Source: a virus
Direction: 5' to 3' (one strand)
Length of the DNA: 64,000 nt
Virus record (IMG/VR): IMGVR_UViG_3300045988_106519
Coordinates: 32,001-96,000 of that record
Shown here one piece after another: positions 53,701 through 63,672 of this stretch (positions within the stretch are counted from its first letter, which is position 1; every line of letters begins with the position of its first letter). Position numbers and translations under genes: made by a program. A model generated the notes under the pieces. It saw only the letters and a list, made by a program, of their open reading frames with translations, was not told where the DNA came from and did not search any database.

Positions 53701-54693
53701 ATAGGCTACTCCTCTGGTGAGTATCTTATTCATTATGTCAATATGTATGCTCTTCTTCATAATCAGAAGGTATTGCTTAATGGTAAGAAGATAAGCTTAT
53801 ATGATGCCTTTGAGGTCAAAGACAAGCAGGATGGTAACTCAGAACTACACTTGAAAACAGGAGTCACAGACCTTGATGGTAATGTCATTACTGATGACTT
53901 TATTGATAAAATAAGAAAGAAGCTGAGATATGTAAACCAGTCTACACATGGAGCAATGAATGATGAGGATAAAGGTATTCTTCATCAGAAATGGTGGGGA
54001 CGTGGTATAATGAACTTTCGTCAGTGGATGGTAGAACATTATTCACGAAGATGGAGAGCACGTCATTTTGATGCTTCTCTTGGTATGGATAGGGAAGGTT
54101 ATTGGGTAAGTCTTTGGAAAGGGCTTGCCAATGATGATACTAAGGACATTTGGAATAGAAAGCAACATGCAAAAGCTATAGGTATGTTTATGAAAGATTT
54201 CTATACTTTTATGCTCAGGTCAGAAGCACAATGGCATAATCTTGATGAAATGCAGAGATATAATATCAAGAGAGTCAGAACTGAAATGTTGATGTTTGCT
54301 TGTCTGTTGGGACTTAGTTTTACTCTTGGAGCACCAGAAGACCATAAGAAAGAAGCTTGGCGTAGATTTTGGATTTACCAAACTAAGAGAGCACTGCTTG
54401 ATACAGAAGCTTCAATGCCTGTACCACAAGCAGCTTCAAGTATTCTTACTACAATCAATTCTCCAATGGCATCTTTAAATACTATAAATGGTTTCTTTTA
54501 TGCTTTTTATGGTCTTGGTAATGGAGATGTATTTACTGAAATTAAGTCTGGGGACCATAAGGGTGAAAATAAATATGTAAGAAACATGCTTAAGTATGTT
54601 TTCCCTTTCTTTAAAGATTGGGAACAAATGCAGAAAATGGATGAGGATGATGCTATTTTCAAAGTATTTGAAAATTCACCGAGTAATCATTAA
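50797..54693 (+). CDS. 1298-aa giant virion protein (internal/ejected cargo candidate)
   Basis: Uninterrupted ORF. Position between the tail hub and the fibres. Hydrophobic segment near the C-terminus (MLMFACLLGLSFTLG). Confidence 0.6.
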   Translation: MSNNSSCILYPDAPNGEESRLYKKLLKKLPDRPLTNWFYAYYNMPTSDIANKMDQAGYQRNSQGQHNAEDLLKFLDYGTMEAEIANLSSAEIQLGAVDTNGKRVDFTNAEDALRKADDFNNTHKGLVATVVQYGDVYNIIVAEKNSRTHTYADTIKDNLKAWDIYKQVFNAVGVDITSVPQEIQSVFNPLNDGLAKYLKSVSKLNITNIYKRDALLLFSLNPNSRHIQNLINAFGSIEDAAQALDDFNHGSINLSNPQQTLLLRAVNDAQKFQGIDLDALITQIKGIWVNTAAYSVEQDIKQEIRSLDKKYNIEVNEIHRATKKIKTLSDAAADAVVTLQRQIRQLEKEKGNNSEGRRLEIILNRLMKELACKKYCSGVLNFLGEASVQISNIDNMLQNIPQTGTELEKAFGTAKILQDIKSLKDQYYTLVSALADENLIIDESISQNDINNIRMSAKDLKDFFDKKDKAIDDLTEGTMINLMLQIVGNTAPDGQSIINAVRMAAADSSYMNYLYSMGRASNPVVAAAGSIIHNAQDSRDKKINDISLRIRRATDKLYKAGFNSEFMYEDEEHIASDIDWELYKATRQAKIKSFYAQNLRGFDLKQAIEDWEDQNTEERVVDKTNGRTERVPNSNYRKQDNFQKDWSPEQIEYYDTMMQLKGEIGSLLPTYAQHQYLPPQVRRKFLDAMNNAKSIKDVGKAIKDKIQNLYKVREDDENYNTNGIIDGDEYSITHGAFDNTPLRQIPIFFINKVEQGELLRNFSSGIQALAGTAVNYDTMSQVADVVEFIGNFIKTQEGKDNKSQADIVQNGEIRVFKDLWKRAVNTNTQSIIEGFISQHIYGQSRDPNENKTWSKIFGNIVAYSSFKGLATNVKGAVANYLMGEFQMLIEAGAGEFYGFKDYAWAHTKLFGNTGVKGEFAELLTNNINHKSVLMRELFDPLQENFSQKSHTKYYTSMFRQLVSHDCSFIGYSSGEYLIHYVNMYALLHNQKVLLNGKKISLYDAFEVKDKQDGNSELHLKTGVTDLDGNVITDDFIDKIRKKLRYVNQSTHGAMNDEDKGILHQKWWGRGIMNFRQWMVEHYSRRWRARHFDASLGMDREGYWVSLWKGLANDDTKDIWNRKQHAKAIGMFMKDFYTFMLRSEAQWHNLDEMQRYNIKRVRTEMLMFACLLGLSFTLGAPEDHKKEAWRRFWIYQTKRALLDTEASMPVPQAASSILTTINSPMASLNTINGFFYAFYGLGNGDVFTEIKSGDHKGENKYVRNMLKYVFPFFKDWEQMQKMDEDDAIFKVFENSPSNH

Positions 54694-54702
54694 CAATATG
54701 GT

Positions 54703-54736
54703 AAGGAGTGATACTATTAAGGTGTCACTCCTTTAT
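54703..54736 (+). terminator. hairpin terminator candidate
   Basis: AAGGAGTGA ... TCACTCCTT followed by TAT. Confidence 0.45.
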
Positions 54737-54890
54737 AGTATAAGTCTATATGAGCTTTAAATAATAAGATATGTAAGATAAGAAAATAGAACTTAATAAT
54801 ATAATTAATAAAGATAATGAAAACACTAAACAACATCGAGACATCTAAGTAGTTTATTAAATTTGCATATATAACTAAAATAAAAAGAAT

Positions 54891-57800
54891 ATGCCAATAA
54901 ATAAGCCACAAGGATTGAAAGGACTGCAAGGATTAGGTGGTCTTTCTAAAACACAATATGATAGTTTTATAGAGAAGAACAGAAACTTGATTTCACAGCA
55001 TGGATATGATCCTACATATATTAATAATTTGTATTCAAATAAACAGTTTATAGATAGGTATGGTGTTGAGAAGTTTAAAGCTATGCCTAATATAGATATG
55101 CGTAATGCTATGTATAAGGACGATGTAGTAAATACAGAGTTTAGTAGGTTATATAGTCCATTTGATGTAGATGGTGTAAGAAACAATAATAGAGGACTTG
55201 GAGCTGATTTTGAGAAATATAATCAACTCTCAACAGATGCTAAGTTAAAACTAATGGAGAGTAATTACTTGACTCCAAATGAGTTTAATAATAAATGGGA
55301 GAGGCATATAAAGGAAATTAATGATAGGGGTAAAGTACTTGGACAAAGTAGAGCAGGTGCATTTATGCCTTTAAGTGCAGTACTTAATGCTCCTGCTGCT
55401 GAGAGTTCTACAGGTAGTGCAAGCGTAGATTTTTTAAGAGGTATTTCAGGTGATGAAGCAGGAAGGAAATTAGCACTGGATAAGAATAACAGGATACTTG
55501 AGAAAATATACAATGATGATGTAGACAATGCTGCAAGCAAGTTTGCATCACAGGTAGCTGATGCCTATTATGGTTCAGAGATTGCAACAATGAGTGACAC
55601 TCAAGTAAAGAAAGCTTTTGTACAAGCCATCAATGGTAATCCAAGGAAGGGAGACTTAGGTATTCCAGAGTTAGCATCACATTATGGAAATGGTACTGAA
55701 AATCAAATAACGTCAGAGATGCAAGACTTTAGTATTGATGATATGAGACAAGTGCTTGCAAAGAAGAGAGTCTATGATGCCTATATGTCACCAGATATGG
55801 CAATGACAGCATTGAATAATGATGCGAAAAGATATATTAGAGATCATCAAGGAAGTGTAAAGAGATTTGGATTGTTCCTAAAAGATGTAGGCATCTCTTC
55901 AATGAGCTACACAGCAGATAAACTGAATGGTATAGCAGAGATTTACAGAATGGGACAAGATGCTTGGGCAGAGAAACCCATTGTAATGGTAGATGATAAA
56001 GGAAATATTCTTGACCCTAAGAAGATAAAAGTTATAAGTGACAAGCAGGGAAGATTGCATTATCAAGACAAAGATGGACAACTACATTCAGTACATCAAG
56101 AGCAAGTAGACTATACTACATTACATAATATGGGAAAGAATCCTGATGGTAGTGATATAGAGGGAGCTTTTGGTGTAGATTGGATGACACTGAATCCACA
56201 ATATTGGACAAGGGCAGAGCAGTATGGAACCCTTGATGATAATGAGCAAAAGCAATATGAGAAGTTAGGAAGCAGCCCTTATAAGGTAGCATATAATCCT
56301 AATGAAGACAGTGATATAATGTATGAGGCATTTAAGATGATGAGCTTTGGTATTGCAGATGCAGCATCACAACTTATACCTTATGGTGTAGGAATATTAG
56401 GAAAATCATTAAGTACAGCAAGTAAGGTAGGAAAAGTTGCAAGAGGCTTTGGTAAAGTACTTGACACTACTGGAAAAATGCTTACAGCAGAGACAAAGAT
56501 AGGACAAGTAACACAGGGTACAGCAGGTGCTCTTGGTATTGCTTATGCTTATGGTAGAGGAGCATTTCAAGAGACACTGCAACAAAATCTTGCAAATGCA
56601 GAGGAAGCAGCACAAACAGCAAGTAGGAATGACATCTATAATCAATATAATAGTGACAAAGACTATAAGGCAGGAGTAGATAAACTTATCAATGCAAGAG
56701 CTGCAAGTATGAAGGCTGACTATTTAGCTAAAATTCAGAAAGACAGCAACATGAAAGTAATAGATAAGAATACCCTTGACAAGATGATTCATGCAAGGGC
56801 ACAGGAAGCTGTGCTTGGAGAATTGGTGCAAAATAGAATAAAGGAAAGAATGGCATCAAAGGAATATGCAGATTTACAACAGAAAGCCATTGATGGTGCA
56901 GGAGATGCAGCTTTCAACTCATTTTTAACAGAAGGAATAAAGTATGGATTTGTAAATAACTTTGGATATAGGAAATACTTATATACCAATCCTGCTGGAC
57001 TGTCAAAGAAAGTATCTTCTACATTTAAGGGATTAGAAGAAATTACAACAAAAGAAGGCAGGCAGAGATTGACAGCAGGAGCAAGTAAGTTTCTTACAAG
57101 AGATCAGAAGCTGAAGGAGTTTGGTAAGACATTAGGTTCACAAGCATGGGGAGGAGCATGGACTAATGGCACTGATGATATGCAAGTAGATGCAGCAGAA
57201 AGAATCAATGAGGATAGCTTTAAGAGATATCTTGATGCCTATCAGAATGGAGAAGCCATAGCAGATATTTATGGTTTTGCAGATGGACTATATTCATATA
57301 TGAAAGGACTAAGTAACTCAATGGGTCAAGAGACAACATGGAATGCAGCATTGGTTGGAGGTCTAGGAAGTATAGTGAATTTCACTCCTAACTTTGCTAA
57401 TATAGCAAGGCTTGCTACAAAGGAAGGTAGAGAAGCTTACAATAATAACTTTACAAGAAGAATTGTAAGAGATGAGAATGGAATACCAGTGAAGAATGAA
57501 GATGGTTCCATTAAATATGAAGACCTTAAAAGAACAGATAACTGGAGAGAAAGAGCAAACTATTTCATTCAGAATGGTGTGCTAAATACCTATTATGGAA
57601 AGAAACAGAGTGAAAGAGACTTACAAAGTCATGCAGACTATGTTAATGACTTATTGGACAGTTATAATGACTTTAAGGATATAGAGGGACTTGTAGCATC
57701 AAATGGGGCTTCAGAAAATTTAGAGAGTCAGGGAGATGCAAAGACATTACAGTTTATAAAAGCACTTCATTCTATTAATGCTCTGAATAGGTTAGGAGAG

Positions 57801-60800
57801 AACTCTAATGACCCAACTACATTATCATCGGTAGTACAGAATGCAAAAAACTTCATTGCTAAGGCTTCACAGCTTAATGATGAGAATGGAGAGAGTCCTT
57901 TCAGTGAAGAAGAGATAAGCAATCTTCTTTCACAATACTATGCTGCAAACCCAGACTTAGACCAAAGTGAGTATAATTCACAGAAAGTATTATACACCAT
58001 TGCACAGAATGCACAGAAGCTACAAGAAGCATCAGAAGCCTTTGACAAGGCAGAAGGTGAGATTCAGAAGATAGAGAAAAATAGAGGTGAAGCCATAGAT
58101 CCAGAGGTGAGAACAAAGATGAAAATTCAGCAAGCACTCAATGGACATTGGGAAGAAAGAAAACAAAAAATGCAGTCAGAGATAGACGATGCTTCAACAA
58201 GTGAGCAAACACATGATGCAAGTACAATCATAGCAAGTGTTGGAGGTATAGACAATGCCAAAGCACTTGTTAAAGTATATGATAAACAGAAAGCTGAGAT
58301 AGAAAAAGAACTTACAGAACAACAGAAAAGAACAAAGACTTTTGATGAAGAATACAAAAATGCAACAGAAGAATTGAACACTGCAAGAAGTAATGAAGAT
58401 AGTGAGGCAGTACTTAAAGCAGAGAAAAAACAAAGAGAGACTAAAGCAAGGCTTGATTCATCAAAGGAGCAGGAGAATTATCTTGAAAGACTTGTTTCAA
58501 TGACTGAAGACAAGAAGAAATCTTTGGAAGAGAACTTTACAGATGTTAGTGCAAAGATACTAACTGCTGATGAAATATTTGCACTTGACCCAGTGACAAG
58601 GGCAAGGATGGTGAATAAAGATAATAGAGAACTGTATAGCAAAGAACAGCAAAGAGAAATAGAGAAACTTGAGCAGAGGCTTATTATGAGAGATGCTGAT
58701 GCTCTTCAGAAAATACAAGACATAGCACTGTTGACACAAAGAATAGATTCTAATAAGGATGCTTATAGTAGAATGGCACAGAATCCAGAGGCAGCAGCAG
58801 TTTCCTTGGAGGCTCAAAGATTACAGTCAGCTGAAGCTGCATATAAACTGATAGGTCAGAGGAATGCAGAGACTGTTGCAGACTTTATCAATAAATTTGA
58901 TGAAGGACTAAAGAACCGTTCTGATATATCTGAAGATAGTAAGAAGAACTATGTATTCAGAACATTAAGAAAACTCAATACAGGACTGCTTGATATTATA
59001 GATGAAGACTCCATGCTTCCTAAATATCAGCAGCAGGTAGTTGATGCAAAGGAATGGGGTAAAGTTGTTGAGGATATTGTTTCTATAATCAGTCAGTCAG
59101 ACAAGGGAGAAGATTGGCAAAATAATATATTGAAGAATATAGACACAATAGTAGAAAATGCCAACAATAAAGAAGAGATTATGTCAGCTCTTGAGAAAGT
59201 TGTAGATGATACAGAAGGTTCAGAATCATCGAAAGACTTTGAATATATCCTTGATGGTATGAGGAAGTTAGGTTATCTGAGAGATGCTACTATTATTGAG
59301 AATAGAAAACAAAGGAAGCAACGTGAAGCAGAGGAAGCAAAGAAGAAGGAAGAAGAAAAGAATAAAGTAGATGAGGCTGCAAAGAATGCTGCTGAGAAAA
59401 AGACTGTTGAAGAGAAGGAGAAGCAACAGAATGAAGAAGGAATGGATATGGGTAGAAAACCAAATAAAAATGATGTTATAAATAGCACAGAAGATGTAGA
59501 TATATTTGGTGATGAAAAGCCTTCAGAGGAGCAAAGTAAAGAAGAAGTAGGAGAAAAGCAGAGTGCTACAGCACCTGTTACTCAGAATATAAGAACTATC
59601 TTGAGTGATGGGTCTGGGGATAGGAGTGTTACAGCAGGAGATATGTGGCATGGTACAAAGGGTAATGCTAAGAAAGGAAAGTTCACTGTGACAAAGATGG
59701 GAGATACTGTAACCTTTGATACAGATGAGAAGAATGATGTGCTGAGTGTTACTTCTGATGAATATGATGTAACTCCTGAGACTAAGGAGCATGAGGAAAA
59801 TGCAGTGTTTGAGGCAAGTTCTATGGAGAAAAGAGGTGATGATTGGTATTTTGTTGGTAATTTTGCAGGAACCAAAAATACTACAGAAGTGAAAGCAAAG
59901 AAATCTTTTGACATAGAAAAGGCAATAAAAAGACAGCAGGAATCAAGGGAAGCAGAACTTGCAGCCAAGGGAGTAGATGTTGATAATGTGAATGTTGTTG
60001 ACAATGGGGATAGTGTGCAAGGTAGATCTGAGAATATTGATGAACAGAATAATAACATTACTCCTGATGATAAGGTGATAGAGGTGTCGGAGATTAATGA
60101 AGATGCTGATGAATTGAATGGTATAGGAGAGCATAATATAGAGACAAATGTTAATACTATTAGTGGTAATGCAATGAGTAGATATGAGTCTGATCCATTA
60201 GCGAAGGATGGTAAACTTGTTAATAAAAAAGGCAAGGATGATAGAAAGCAGATGGATGAATATTATGCTTGGATGGATGCAGCTGGAATAAAGTTGCAGA
60301 ATATTATTGACAGAGAACTTGCAAAAATACTAAAGAGAAATCCTAATGCCAAGGTGAAGTTTATGGCAGTGAGACCAGAAAGCAATGCTACTAATGATAG
60401 CAGTATGCAGAGACACTTAATGCTTGTATTAGACTATGACAATAGTATTAATAAAGGAATTACTGCAATACACAACGATGATAATGGTGGAGTGATAGAG
60501 AGTCAAGGAAAGAAGTATCTTGTGATAGGAGTTGCTGGTTATAGGAATGGAAACTTTGCGCAACAGTCACTCTATAATGTGTTATGGAATCCTATATCTC
60601 CTACTTCAAGAAACAGTAAGGGAGAACCATTTGGATTGATGATAAAGCCTAAAAAGGAGTTCTTTGAGACACATCCTAATGAAAGATTCTATGTGAATGA
60701 GAGTCTAAGTACTGAGATAGTGCCATATTCTTTGATACCAGGGTATATTGTTAAGCAGGGATTGAATGACAGTAATACAGAGTTCAGGAGTGTAAGAGAA

Positions 60801-62252
60801 CTACTTGCTGACAAGGAGAGAAATCCTATGGGATATGATATGCAAAGTGTAGCATGGGGAATACAAGAATTGACAAAGTTCTTGACTATAGGGGCTTTTG
60901 TAGATGATGTAATGGTTCCAAGGAATACTATAAGGAATGCAGGAAGTGCTTTTGTGCTTATGCCAGCAAGTAATGGAAAGATGGTACCATCCTACTTGAA
61001 AGTGTTGAAGTATAATGAGATGAGAGATGGTGCATTAAAAGACAAAGTAGAAGGATTATTACAAAATGTTGTATCTCCAGACTATGCAACAAGGTATCAG
61101 GCAGTGATAGATTTGAGTAATATCTTCTATTTTGATAAGGAAGGTGACACCATATTGCTTAGGAAAAACAAAGCAGAGTTATCATTGGTGCATGATGGAA
61201 TAGTGCAGAAGACATTTGTTCTTGACAGTAACTTTGACAGAGCAGAGTTTATGAAGGCAATGGAAGATATGAATCCAAGAATTAATATTACTGCAAGAGT
61301 ACTACAAAGTCAAGAGTTACTTAAAGAGTATGATGAAGTAGGAGCACTTATGACAGATGCAGCAATGTTTGGTACAGCAGGAAGTTCTTATAGTATTTAT
61401 GGACTTGATGGTGAAGGCAATATATTGAAACCAAAACAGCCTGTGAATGAAGCTTCTAAGACTACTGTTAATAGTGATTTTAAGAATGAGAATAAAAGTC
61501 AGGTGATATATAAGCACCAATATTACACTTATAGAGTGGATGATAGAATGTATTATCTTAATGGAGAGCCTGTCACTGATGAAAAGATGATAAAGCAGTT
61601 GGAGTATAACAAGATGATTATAAACAATCAGCTTAGTCCTATCAAGAATGAAGGAGTATGGGAATACTTTATTTTGAAAGAAGGAGAACATCCAGAGGCT
61701 ATAAAGGTGAATAGAAATACTAAAGAAGTAAAGGAAGTAAGTGAGGAAAAGGTTAAGGAGATTATTAGTAAGATAGAAGAAGAGAAAGCCAAGAAGCAGA
61801 GAGAAGCTGAGGCACAGAAGCAACTGAAGATAATAAACTCTGAAGATGTAGATATTATAGGAAATTCTGATAATACAAACCTTGTGATGGATCCAAACAC
61901 TGGAGAAATGGTTGTAAATAATACTGTTGATGAAACACCTGTTCCCAAAGAAGAAAACAAGAATGAAAACAAAAAAGAAGAAATAAAGAAAGAATCTAAG
62001 AGTGAGAAGAATAATAAGAAGACTGAGAGTAGTGACAATGCTACATCAACACAAACCTTTGCAGAACTTATAGGGAATAAGAAACATAGGATAAGTATAA
62101 TAAAGTTGGTTAAAGGTAAATGGAAAGATGCTCCAGTTGTTCCTACCCAGCTTGAAAAGTTCTTGAGAGATAGAGATGTGGAGGTAGATAGTATTGGAAC
62201 ATCAGAGAAAGATATTGATGCTTGGATGAAGACAATAGAAGATTGTAGGTAA
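54891..62252 (+). CDS. 2453-aa giant virion protein. It occupies the position of the virion-packaged RNA polymerase or cargo protein of crAss-like phages, but the function is not confirmed.
   Basis: Uninterrupted 7.4-kb ORF with a long E/K-rich coiled-coil centre and a globular C-terminal part. I could not find a clear DxDxD metal-binding motif. Confidence 0.55.
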   Translation: MPINKPQGLKGLQGLGGLSKTQYDSFIEKNRNLISQHGYDPTYINNLYSNKQFIDRYGVEKFKAMPNIDMRNAMYKDDVVNTEFSRLYSPFDVDGVRNNNRGLGADFEKYNQLSTDAKLKLMESNYLTPNEFNNKWERHIKEINDRGKVLGQSRAGAFMPLSAVLNAPAAESSTGSASVDFLRGISGDEAGRKLALDKNNRILEKIYNDDVDNAASKFASQVADAYYGSEIATMSDTQVKKAFVQAINGNPRKGDLGIPELASHYGNGTENQITSEMQDFSIDDMRQVLAKKRVYDAYMSPDMAMTALNNDAKRYIRDHQGSVKRFGLFLKDVGISSMSYTADKLNGIAEIYRMGQDAWAEKPIVMVDDKGNILDPKKIKVISDKQGRLHYQDKDGQLHSVHQEQVDYTTLHNMGKNPDGSDIEGAFGVDWMTLNPQYWTRAEQYGTLDDNEQKQYEKLGSSPYKVAYNPNEDSDIMYEAFKMMSFGIADAASQLIPYGVGILGKSLSTASKVGKVARGFGKVLDTTGKMLTAETKIGQVTQGTAGALGIAYAYGRGAFQETLQQNLANAEEAAQTASRNDIYNQYNSDKDYKAGVDKLINARAASMKADYLAKIQKDSNMKVIDKNTLDKMIHARAQEAVLGELVQNRIKERMASKEYADLQQKAIDGAGDAAFNSFLTEGIKYGFVNNFGYRKYLYTNPAGLSKKVSSTFKGLEEITTKEGRQRLTAGASKFLTRDQKLKEFGKTLGSQAWGGAWTNGTDDMQVDAAERINEDSFKRYLDAYQNGEAIADIYGFADGLYSYMKGLSNSMGQETTWNAALVGGLGSIVNFTPNFANIARLATKEGREAYNNNFTRRIVRDENGIPVKNEDGSIKYEDLKRTDNWRERANYFIQNGVLNTYYGKKQSERDLQSHADYVNDLLDSYNDFKDIEGLVASNGASENLESQGDAKTLQFIKALHSINALNRLGENSNDPTTLSSVVQNAKNFIAKASQLNDENGESPFSEEEISNLLSQYYAANPDLDQSEYNSQKVLYTIAQNAQKLQEASEAFDKAEGEIQKIEKNRGEAIDPEVRTKMKIQQALNGHWEERKQKMQSEIDDASTSEQTHDASTIIASVGGIDNAKALVKVYDKQKAEIEKELTEQQKRTKTFDEEYKNATEELNTARSNEDSEAVLKAEKKQRETKARLDSSKEQENYLERLVSMTEDKKKSLEENFTDVSAKILTADEIFALDPVTRARMVNKDNRELYSKEQQREIEKLEQRLIMRDADALQKIQDIALLTQRIDSNKDAYSRMAQNPEAAAVSLEAQRLQSAEAAYKLIGQRNAETVADFINKFDEGLKNRSDISEDSKKNYVFRTLRKLNTGLLDIIDEDSMLPKYQQQVVDAKEWGKVVEDIVSIISQSDKGEDWQNNILKNIDTIVENANNKEEIMSALEKVVDDTEGSESSKDFEYILDGMRKLGYLRDATIIENRKQRKQREAEEAKKKEEEKNKVDEAAKNAAEKKTVEEKEKQQNEEGMDMGRKPNKNDVINSTEDVDIFGDEKPSEEQSKEEVGEKQSATAPVTQNIRTILSDGSGDRSVTAGDMWHGTKGNAKKGKFTVTKMGDTVTFDTDEKNDVLSVTSDEYDVTPETKEHEENAVFEASSMEKRGDDWYFVGNFAGTKNTTEVKAKKSFDIEKAIKRQQESREAELAAKGVDVDNVNVVDNGDSVQGRSENIDEQNNNITPDDKVIEVSEINEDADELNGIGEHNIETNVNTISGNAMSRYESDPLAKDGKLVNKKGKDDRKQMDEYYAWMDAAGIKLQNIIDRELAKILKRNPNAKVKFMAVRPESNATNDSSMQRHLMLVLDYDNSINKGITAIHNDDNGGVIESQGKKYLVIGVAGYRNGNFAQQSLYNVLWNPISPTSRNSKGEPFGLMIKPKKEFFETHPNERFYVNESLSTEIVPYSLIPGYIVKQGLNDSNTEFRSVRELLADKERNPMGYDMQSVAWGIQELTKFLTIGAFVDDVMVPRNTIRNAGSAFVLMPASNGKMVPSYLKVLKYNEMRDGALKDKVEGLLQNVVSPDYATRYQAVIDLSNIFYFDKEGDTILLRKNKAELSLVHDGIVQKTFVLDSNFDRAEFMKAMEDMNPRINITARVLQSQELLKEYDEVGALMTDAAMFGTAGSSYSIYGLDGEGNILKPKQPVNEASKTTVNSDFKNENKSQVIYKHQYYTYRVDDRMYYLNGEPVTDEKMIKQLEYNKMIINNQLSPIKNEGVWEYFILKEGEHPEAIKVNRNTKEVKEVSEEKVKEIISKIEEEKAKKQREAEAQKQLKIINSEDVDIIGNSDNTNLVMDPNTGEMVVNNTVDETPVPKEENKNENKKEEIKKESKSEKNNKKTESSDNATSTQTFAELIGNKKHRISIIKLVKGKWKDAPVVPTQLEKFLRDRDVEVDSIGTSEKDIDAWMKTIEDCR

Positions 62253-62268
62253 GATAGATTGATATAAG

Positions 62269-62318
62269 AAGGTATATTGAGGTGAAAGATTTATTAGCCT
62301 TGATATACCTTTTATTTG
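62269..62318 (+). terminator. rho-independent terminator
   Basis: 14-bp stem AAGGTATATTGAGG/CCTTGATATACCTT (two G-U pairs) followed by TTTTATTT. Confidence 0.7.
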
Positions 62319-62385
62319 TTATTAGAACTTTATTTACATTATATGAATGGTTTTATTAGTTGCTTAAAATACAGGAAAAGAGTTT

Positions 62386-62393
62386 TTACATTT
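62386..62393 (+). promoter_or_regulatory. -7 promoter box TACATTTG
   Basis: Matches TAnnTTTG, about 25 nt upstream of the ATG at 62416. Confidence 0.45.
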
Positions 62394-62667
62394 GCATAAA
62401 ATAAAATCATTAAGTATGAATAAAGAAAATTACTTTGGTGAAGCTGCTATGAAGGATAATCCCAAGAAAAAAATAAGACTTGAGATTAGAGATAATTCTG
62501 TGACAGAGAAAAAGATAGCAGAGAATGCTGTAACTACAGATAAGATATTTGATGGAGCTGTAACTAAAGATAAACTCTCTCCTGAATTGTTGGAGGAGAA
62601 TATGGTGGAGAGAATAACGGAGGAGGAGATAACAGAAATAGTAGGAGAGAAAGGAGACATACAATGA
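62392..62667 (+). CDS. small tail-fibre-associated protein (likely real start at the ATG at 62416)
   Basis: ENAVTTDKIFDGAVTKDKLSPELL is the repeated ..AVT.DKI/L motif common at phage fibre N-termini. Confidence 0.55.
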   Translation: MHKIKSLSMNKENYFGEAAMKDNPKKKIRLEIRDNSVTEKKIAENAVTTDKIFDGAVTKDKLSPELLEENMVERITEEEITEIVGEKGDIQ

Positions 62668-63488
62668 ATAAGTTTGTAGATGATAAAGGACTTAAAAGAT
62701 ATACTGACAATATGAAACTTCTTCTTAAGAAGAAAGTTTCTAAGAAAAGACCTTATGGTCAGATAGTTATTGGTAAGTCAATAGATCCAACATCGTATAA
62801 TTGGGGAACAATATATGCTTTTCGTGGACATCCATGTATAACAATATGGAGTGATAATAAAGTTGAGACATTTAATATAATTATTCGTGATACTACGGAT
62901 AAAGATGTAAGTAATACATATCAATCATCAGGAACAGTACTTACTAACACAAAAACTAAATATGTTCATTTTATATACTTAATAGGATATCCAAATATTT
63001 CATGTGGTTTTAAAATGTTTACTCAATATACAAAGGGAGATACTACTATACATTTACAAGAAATTAAGATTCCAGCGGATAACCTTACTGGTACTTCAAA
63101 AAAATACAGTTGGGTTAATGGAAAACGTGTGACAAGTAAAAAGGGAACTTTTGAGATGGCTTGTGAAATATTGAGATATAGGTTTGATCCTAATCAAACC
63201 TATACAGAGATTGGTATAGTAAAAGCTTATCAGTTACTTAATGGGGATTTTGGAGTACCGTATTGGAAGCATAATGTATTTCGAGGTAAACCTTATAGAG
63301 ATAAATTTCCTGATAAAAAGTATAGATATACAAGATTTACGAGAAAAAGTACAAATAATGACTCATCATTAGGGGGTGGTCTATGGCTTGTACGTTTCTA
63401 TGATGGAAGGAGTAAAACATATATGAATGATGTAAAAGTATATGTAAGGGAAACTAAAGAAGGAAAACTTATTTTCAAAAGGACATAA
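62664..63488 (+). CDS. tail fibre / receptor-binding protein candidate 1
   Basis: N-terminus MNKFVDDKGLKRYTDNMK is homologous to the N-terminus of the next gene (MTKFVDSLGLKRLVTKI). ATGA overlap upstream. Confidence 0.55.
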   Translation: MNKFVDDKGLKRYTDNMKLLLKKKVSKKRPYGQIVIGKSIDPTSYNWGTIYAFRGHPCITIWSDNKVETFNIIIRDTTDKDVSNTYQSSGTVLTNTKTKYVHFIYLIGYPNISCGFKMFTQYTKGDTTIHLQEIKIPADNLTGTSKKYSWVNGKRVTSKKGTFEMACEILRYRFDPNQTYTEIGIVKAYQLLNGDFGVPYWKHNVFRGKPYRDKFPDKKYRYTRFTRKSTNNDSSLGGGLWLVRFYDGRSKTYMNDVKVYVRETKEGKLIFKRT

Positions 63489-63672
63489 AAAAAGGGCAGC
63501 GTTAGACAAGGAGGATACATAACCACATGGTCAGTACTTCATCCACCGTCTAACTTACCACCCATTGCAAAGATACTATATAATATTCAGTTTTGCAAGA
63601 GTTTGAGTAATAAAATAAAGATAAAAGATAAAGTTTAACAAACATTAGTAATAAATTAACAAACAAACAATT

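Noticed and set aside
54717-55186. Minus-strand ORFs 54717..54929 and 54875..55186 in and around the intergenic region before the 2453-aa gene.
   Set aside because: They are hydrophobic and low-complexity, overlap the terminator hairpin and the start of the giant gene, and have no supporting signals.
25717-62664. Minus-strand ORFs embedded in the plus-strand virion genes, for example 25717..26049, 26407..26745, 27210..27515, 30919..31206, 32091..32669, 32751..33197, 38898..39236, 43369..43719, 43836..44189, 45874..46287, 52606..53061, 59582..60235, 61317..61823 and 61628..62038. Also the short same-strand out-of-frame ORFs 29369..29569 and 54296..54478.
   Set aside because: These are shadow frames of long, clearly coding genes, with repetitive Ser/Leu/Phe/Cys-rich translations and no independent signals.
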